8,103 nt of DNA from contig JAQUVR010000024.1 in assembly GCA_028693335.1 (NCBI GenBank), positions 1 to 8,103 of the forward strand. Direction: 5' to 3'. Source of the DNA: Candidatus Iainarchaeum sp. Lineage in GTDB: Archaea > Iainarchaeota > Iainarchaeia > Iainarchaeales > CSSED10-239. Under the pieces are notes generated by a model. That model worked only from the letters and a program-made list of their open reading frames with translations, was not told the DNA's origin and searched no databases. Numbering within the stretch: the first letter of the stretch is position 1; every line of letters starts with the position of its first letter. A program made the position numbers and the translations under genes. Below, piece after piece: positions 5,779 to 8,103 of the stretch.

Positions 5779-5800
5779 AATATATTTATATAAATATATT
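5779..5800 (+). promoter_or_regulatory. Predicted top6B promoter: TATA box TTTATATAAA (5785-5794) at the centre of a perfect 22-nt palindrome
   Basis: AATATATTTATATAAATATATT equals its own reverse complement. Its centre is about 41 nt upstream of ATG 5831. That places a TSS near 5815 and leaves the GTGATC SD (5820-5825) in a short leader. Confidence 0.45.
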
Positions 5801-5819
5801 TAAGCTAATTTTACTAAAA

Positions 5820-5825
5820 GTGATC
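5820..5825 (+). promoter_or_regulatory. Shine-Dalgarno-like GTGATC upstream of top6B
   Basis: GTGATC matches the SD extension GGAGGTGATC, complementary to the 16S 3' end ...GAUCACCUCC. It lies 5 nt before ATG 5831. Confidence 0.5.
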
Positions 5826-5830
5826 AAAAA

Positions 5831-7543
5831 ATGAGTGAAGAAAAAACAACAAAAATAATTAAAGATGAAAATAAAGATGCTACTACTCAAATAGATGCTG
5901 CAGAATTATTTACTGAATTCAAAGAACATTCAGTTGCAGACTTTTTTAAAAAAAATAAACAAATGTTAGGTCTTTCTGGAAAACAAAGATCCTTAACAAC
6001 AATTATTCATGAATTAGTTACTAATTCCTTAGATGCTTGTGAAGAAGCAGGCATACTGCCAGAAATTGAAGTAAAGCTTGCAGAATTAGGCACTGAATAC
6101 TATGAGATATCAGTAAAAGATAATGGCCCCGGTATTCCAGAAGACAAAGTTGCAAGCGCCTTAGGTAAGTTACTTGCTGGAACTAAATTTCATAGATTGG
6201 TTCAAACAAGAGGTCAACAAGGAATTGGTGTTAGTGGAATTATTCTTTTATCTCAAATGACAACCGGAAAACCAACCAAAGTTATTTCTGGAACTAGTAA
6301 AGGAAAAACAATTTCTCTAGAAATATCTATTGATAGTAAAACAAATTCACCAAAGGTTGTAAACAAACATTATTTAGAAAATAAATATAGAGGCCTTGCA
6401 ATCAAATGTAAATTTAAAGAAATAATTTATAAAAAAGGCCAAAATAGTGTAGATGAATATTTAAGAAGAACAGCAATTGCAAATCCTCATTTAACTCTTT
6501 CTTTTGAAGATCCAAATGGAGAGATTACAAAATACACAAGAACAATTAATAAATTACCAAGAATTCCAAAAGCAGTAAAACCACACCCAAGAGGGGTTTC
6601 TGTTGATGAATTATTAAGTTATGCAAGACATGCTAGTGCAAGAAAAGTAAATTCTTTTTTATCAACTAATTTTGATAGAGTTGGTCAAACATCAATTGAT
6701 AATATTCAAAAATTAGTGCACTTTGATCTAAATAAAGATCCAAGAGCATTAAGTTGGGAAGAAGCTGAAGATTTAGTAAAAGCTATTAAAGAAACAAAAT
6801 TTATTGCTCCAAGTACAGATAATTTAGTTCCAATTGGAGAAGAACAAATAAAAAAATCTTTAAAATCAATAGTTAGTCCAGAATTTTTATCTGTTGTCAC
6901 TAGAAAACCAGGCGTTTATCAAGGCGGGTATGCTTTTCAAGTAGAAGCTGGTGTTGCTTATGGTGGTGGTGCTGGAAGACTTGTGAGTGTTGAAAAAACT
7001 GTTGAAAAAGGTGTTACAAAAACAGAAGAGGTTAGATCTTCTGAAATAATAAGATACGCAAACAAAGCTCCATTGTTGTTTGATGCTGGTGGTTGTGCAA
7101 TCACAAAGACTGTTGAATCTGTTGATTGGAAAAGATATGGGGTTAATAATTTTGATACTAGTCCAGTAACAGTATTTGTAAATTTAATATCTGTTCACAT
7201 TCCATACACGTCTGCAGGAAAATCCGCAGTTTCTGATGATAATGATATTGTTAATGAAATTAAATTAGCATTAATGGATGTTGCAAGAAGAGTTGGAACA
7301 TACATAATTGAAAAGAAAAGAGAAGCAGAGAAAAAAGAAAAGAAAAAAGTTTTTGCAAAATATGCACCATATGTTGTAGATGCTTTAGTTCACACAACTG
7401 GTGAAAAAAATAAAGATCTTCTTTTAAAAAATCTAAATAATATGGTTTTAGAAAAACTAAAAATGGAAGAAGAAGGAATAACCTCAAAAGAGGATGATAT
7501 TATTGAAGATGATATTATTGAAGATGAAGAAATTAATGAATAA
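5831..7543 (+). CDS. top6B: DNA topoisomerase VI subunit B (GHKL ATPase)
   Basis: Bergerat-fold motifs are present: N-box HELVTNSLDA, G1 KDNGPGIP, G2 RGQQGIGVSG. The transducer region carries the conserved switch-Lys context HIPYTSAGKSAVS. The protein is 570 aa and is immediately followed by top6A. It has an acidic C-terminal tail. Confidence 0.95.
   Translation: MSEEKTTKIIKDENKDATTQIDAAELFTEFKEHSVADFFKKNKQMLGLSGKQRSLTTIIHELVTNSLDACEEAGILPEIEVKLAELGTEYYEISVKDNGPGIPEDKVASALGKLLAGTKFHRLVQTRGQQGIGVSGIILLSQMTTGKPTKVISGTSKGKTISLEISIDSKTNSPKVVNKHYLENKYRGLAIKCKFKEIIYKKGQNSVDEYLRRTAIANPHLTLSFEDPNGEITKYTRTINKLPRIPKAVKPHPRGVSVDELLSYARHASARKVNSFLSTNFDRVGQTSIDNIQKLVHFDLNKDPRALSWEEAEDLVKAIKETKFIAPSTDNLVPIGEEQIKKSLKSIVSPEFLSVVTRKPGVYQGGYAFQVEAGVAYGGGAGRLVSVEKTVEKGVTKTEEVRSSEIIRYANKAPLLFDAGGCAITKTVESVDWKRYGVNNFDTSPVTVFVNLISVHIPYTSAGKSAVSDDNDIVNEIKLALMDVARRVGTYIIEKKREAEKKEKKKVFAKYAPYVVDALVHTTGEKNKDLLLKNLNNMVLEKLKMEEEGITSKEDDIIEDDIIEDEEINE
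7493..7522 (+). repeat. Perfect in-frame tandem duplication of a 15-nt unit (GATGATATTATTGAA x2, then a partial third copy) encoding DDIIE-DDIIE
   Basis: Direct reading shows that 7493-7507 and 7508-7522 are identical. 7523-7527 (GATGA) begins a third copy. The repeat lies in the acidic C-terminal tail of Top6B. Confidence 0.9.
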
Positions 7544-7548
7544 GTGAT
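7544..7548 (+). promoter_or_regulatory. Shine-Dalgarno-like GTGAT upstream of top6A
   Basis: AAGTGATAA lies 5 nt before ATG 7554. The core and spacing are the same as the element before top6B. Confidence 0.4.
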
Positions 7549-7553
7549 AATTT

Positions 7554-8103
7554 ATGCCAAAAACAAAAAAATCAGAAAAAAAAGTTTTAGAAGAATTTGA
7601 AGTAGAAACCACAAAAGATATTGAAAAAAAAACATTTCAAATTGCAAAAGGAATAATTGATCAAATAAAATCTAATACTCATCCAACATTTACTACAAAG
7701 GTAAGAGGACTTAGTAATGTTTATTTTGATGAAGATAAACAATATATTCAACTAGGAGATAAACAAGTAGTAAGACCTTTTCTAAACTTAGGTGCCGCAA
7801 GAAAGTTTATGCAGACAATGCTTGTTAATGACAAATGTAATGAATATTTAAAAGAAGGAAAAACAGCATCGATCAGAGAAATATATTATGAGCTTAAAAG
7901 AACTGTTGCAAATACTAAAGAAAACACTTTTGATGGTCAGAATGAATCTGATGAAGTAATTGTTGATGTTGAACATGCCGCAAACACCATTAGAGAAAAA
8001 TTAGGTCTTCACGCAGAGTCTAAAGGATCTCTTTACGGGGATATTACTCTTAAAGATCTAAAACACGATAATGATATTTTTAATTGTAATTCTCTTGGTC
8101 GTG
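7554..8103 (+). CDS. top6A: DNA topoisomerase VI subunit A (Spo11 family), 3'-truncated by the window edge
   Basis: This ORF is absent from the track because the frame stays open to the window end. My translation is MPKTKKSEKK...GKTASIREIYYELKR...LGLHAESKGSLYG. It contains the Spo11/Top6A active-site motif R-E-I-Y-Y, with the predicted catalytic Tyr112 at codon 7887-7889. The start is 10 nt downstream of the top6B stop, the canonical B-A operon order. Confidence 0.93.
   Translation, partial: MPKTKKSEKKVLEEFEVETTKDIEKKTFQIAKGIIDQIKSNTHPTFTTKVRGLSNVYFDEDKQYIQLGDKQVVRPFLNLGAARKFMQTMLVNDKCNEYLKEGKTASIREIYYELKRTVANTKENTFDGQNESDEVIVDVEHAANTIREKLGLHAESKGSLYGDITLKDLKHDNDIFNCNSLGR

Noticed and set aside
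6706-7487. Antisense ORFs 6706..6900 (-) and 7260..7487 (-) inside top6B
   Set aside because: The reasoning is the same: they are fully embedded antisense to a conserved gene. The L/F-rich translation mirrors the K/E-rich sense strand, and nothing supports expression.
1-8103. Search for tRNA/rRNA/other structured RNA genes, CRISPR repeats, IS/transposase or integrase genes, and defence or toxin-antitoxin modules
   Set aside because: There are no G+C-rich islands of the kind structured RNAs form in AT-rich archaeal genomes. There are no regularly spaced direct repeats and no terminal inverted repeats. Every ORF over 90 codons is accounted for by housekeeping families or by the two orphans described. 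Non-coding DNA totals only about 300 nt.

Overview
This is a visibly AT-rich window (roughly 30% G+C by eye, not computed) with about 96% coding density by my coordinate count. It looks like a core informational-gene region of a small-genome archaeon. The lysine-rich, divergent proteins and the overlapping genes suggest a DPANN-like or similarly streamlined lineage, but taxonomy cannot be assigned from this window alone.

Gene order:
- MCM replicative helicase on the + strand; its 5' end runs off the left edge.
- A presenilin/signal-peptide-peptidase-type (A22) intramembrane aspartyl protease on the + strand.
- An orphan Cys-rich single-pass membrane protein on the - strand, convergent with the protease and overlapping its 3' end by 17 nt.
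- A 118-bp divergent promoter region.
- A tight + strand cluster: aIF2-beta, a DUF424-like protein, aIF1A, a Rio1-type kinase and a two-KH-domain Dim2/Pno1-like protein.
- An orphan basic ORF with an ambiguous start.
- topoisomerase VI subunit B followed by subunit A; the 3' end of subunit A runs off the right edge.

I found no tRNA or rRNA, no CRISPR array, no transposase or integrase, and no recognisable defence or toxin-antitoxin module, so I cannot support a claim of a novel multi-gene system.

The items worth a second look are:
1. an aIF1A with eukaryote-style basic N-terminal and long acidic C-terminal tails;
2. the presenilin-type protease lying tail-to-tail with a type-II Cys-rich orphan that could be its substrate;
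3. two proteins of unknown function (the DUF424-like protein and the 5362..5736 orphan) embedded among translation and ribosome-maturation genes;
4. a perfect 22-nt palindrome centred on the predicted top6B TATA box.
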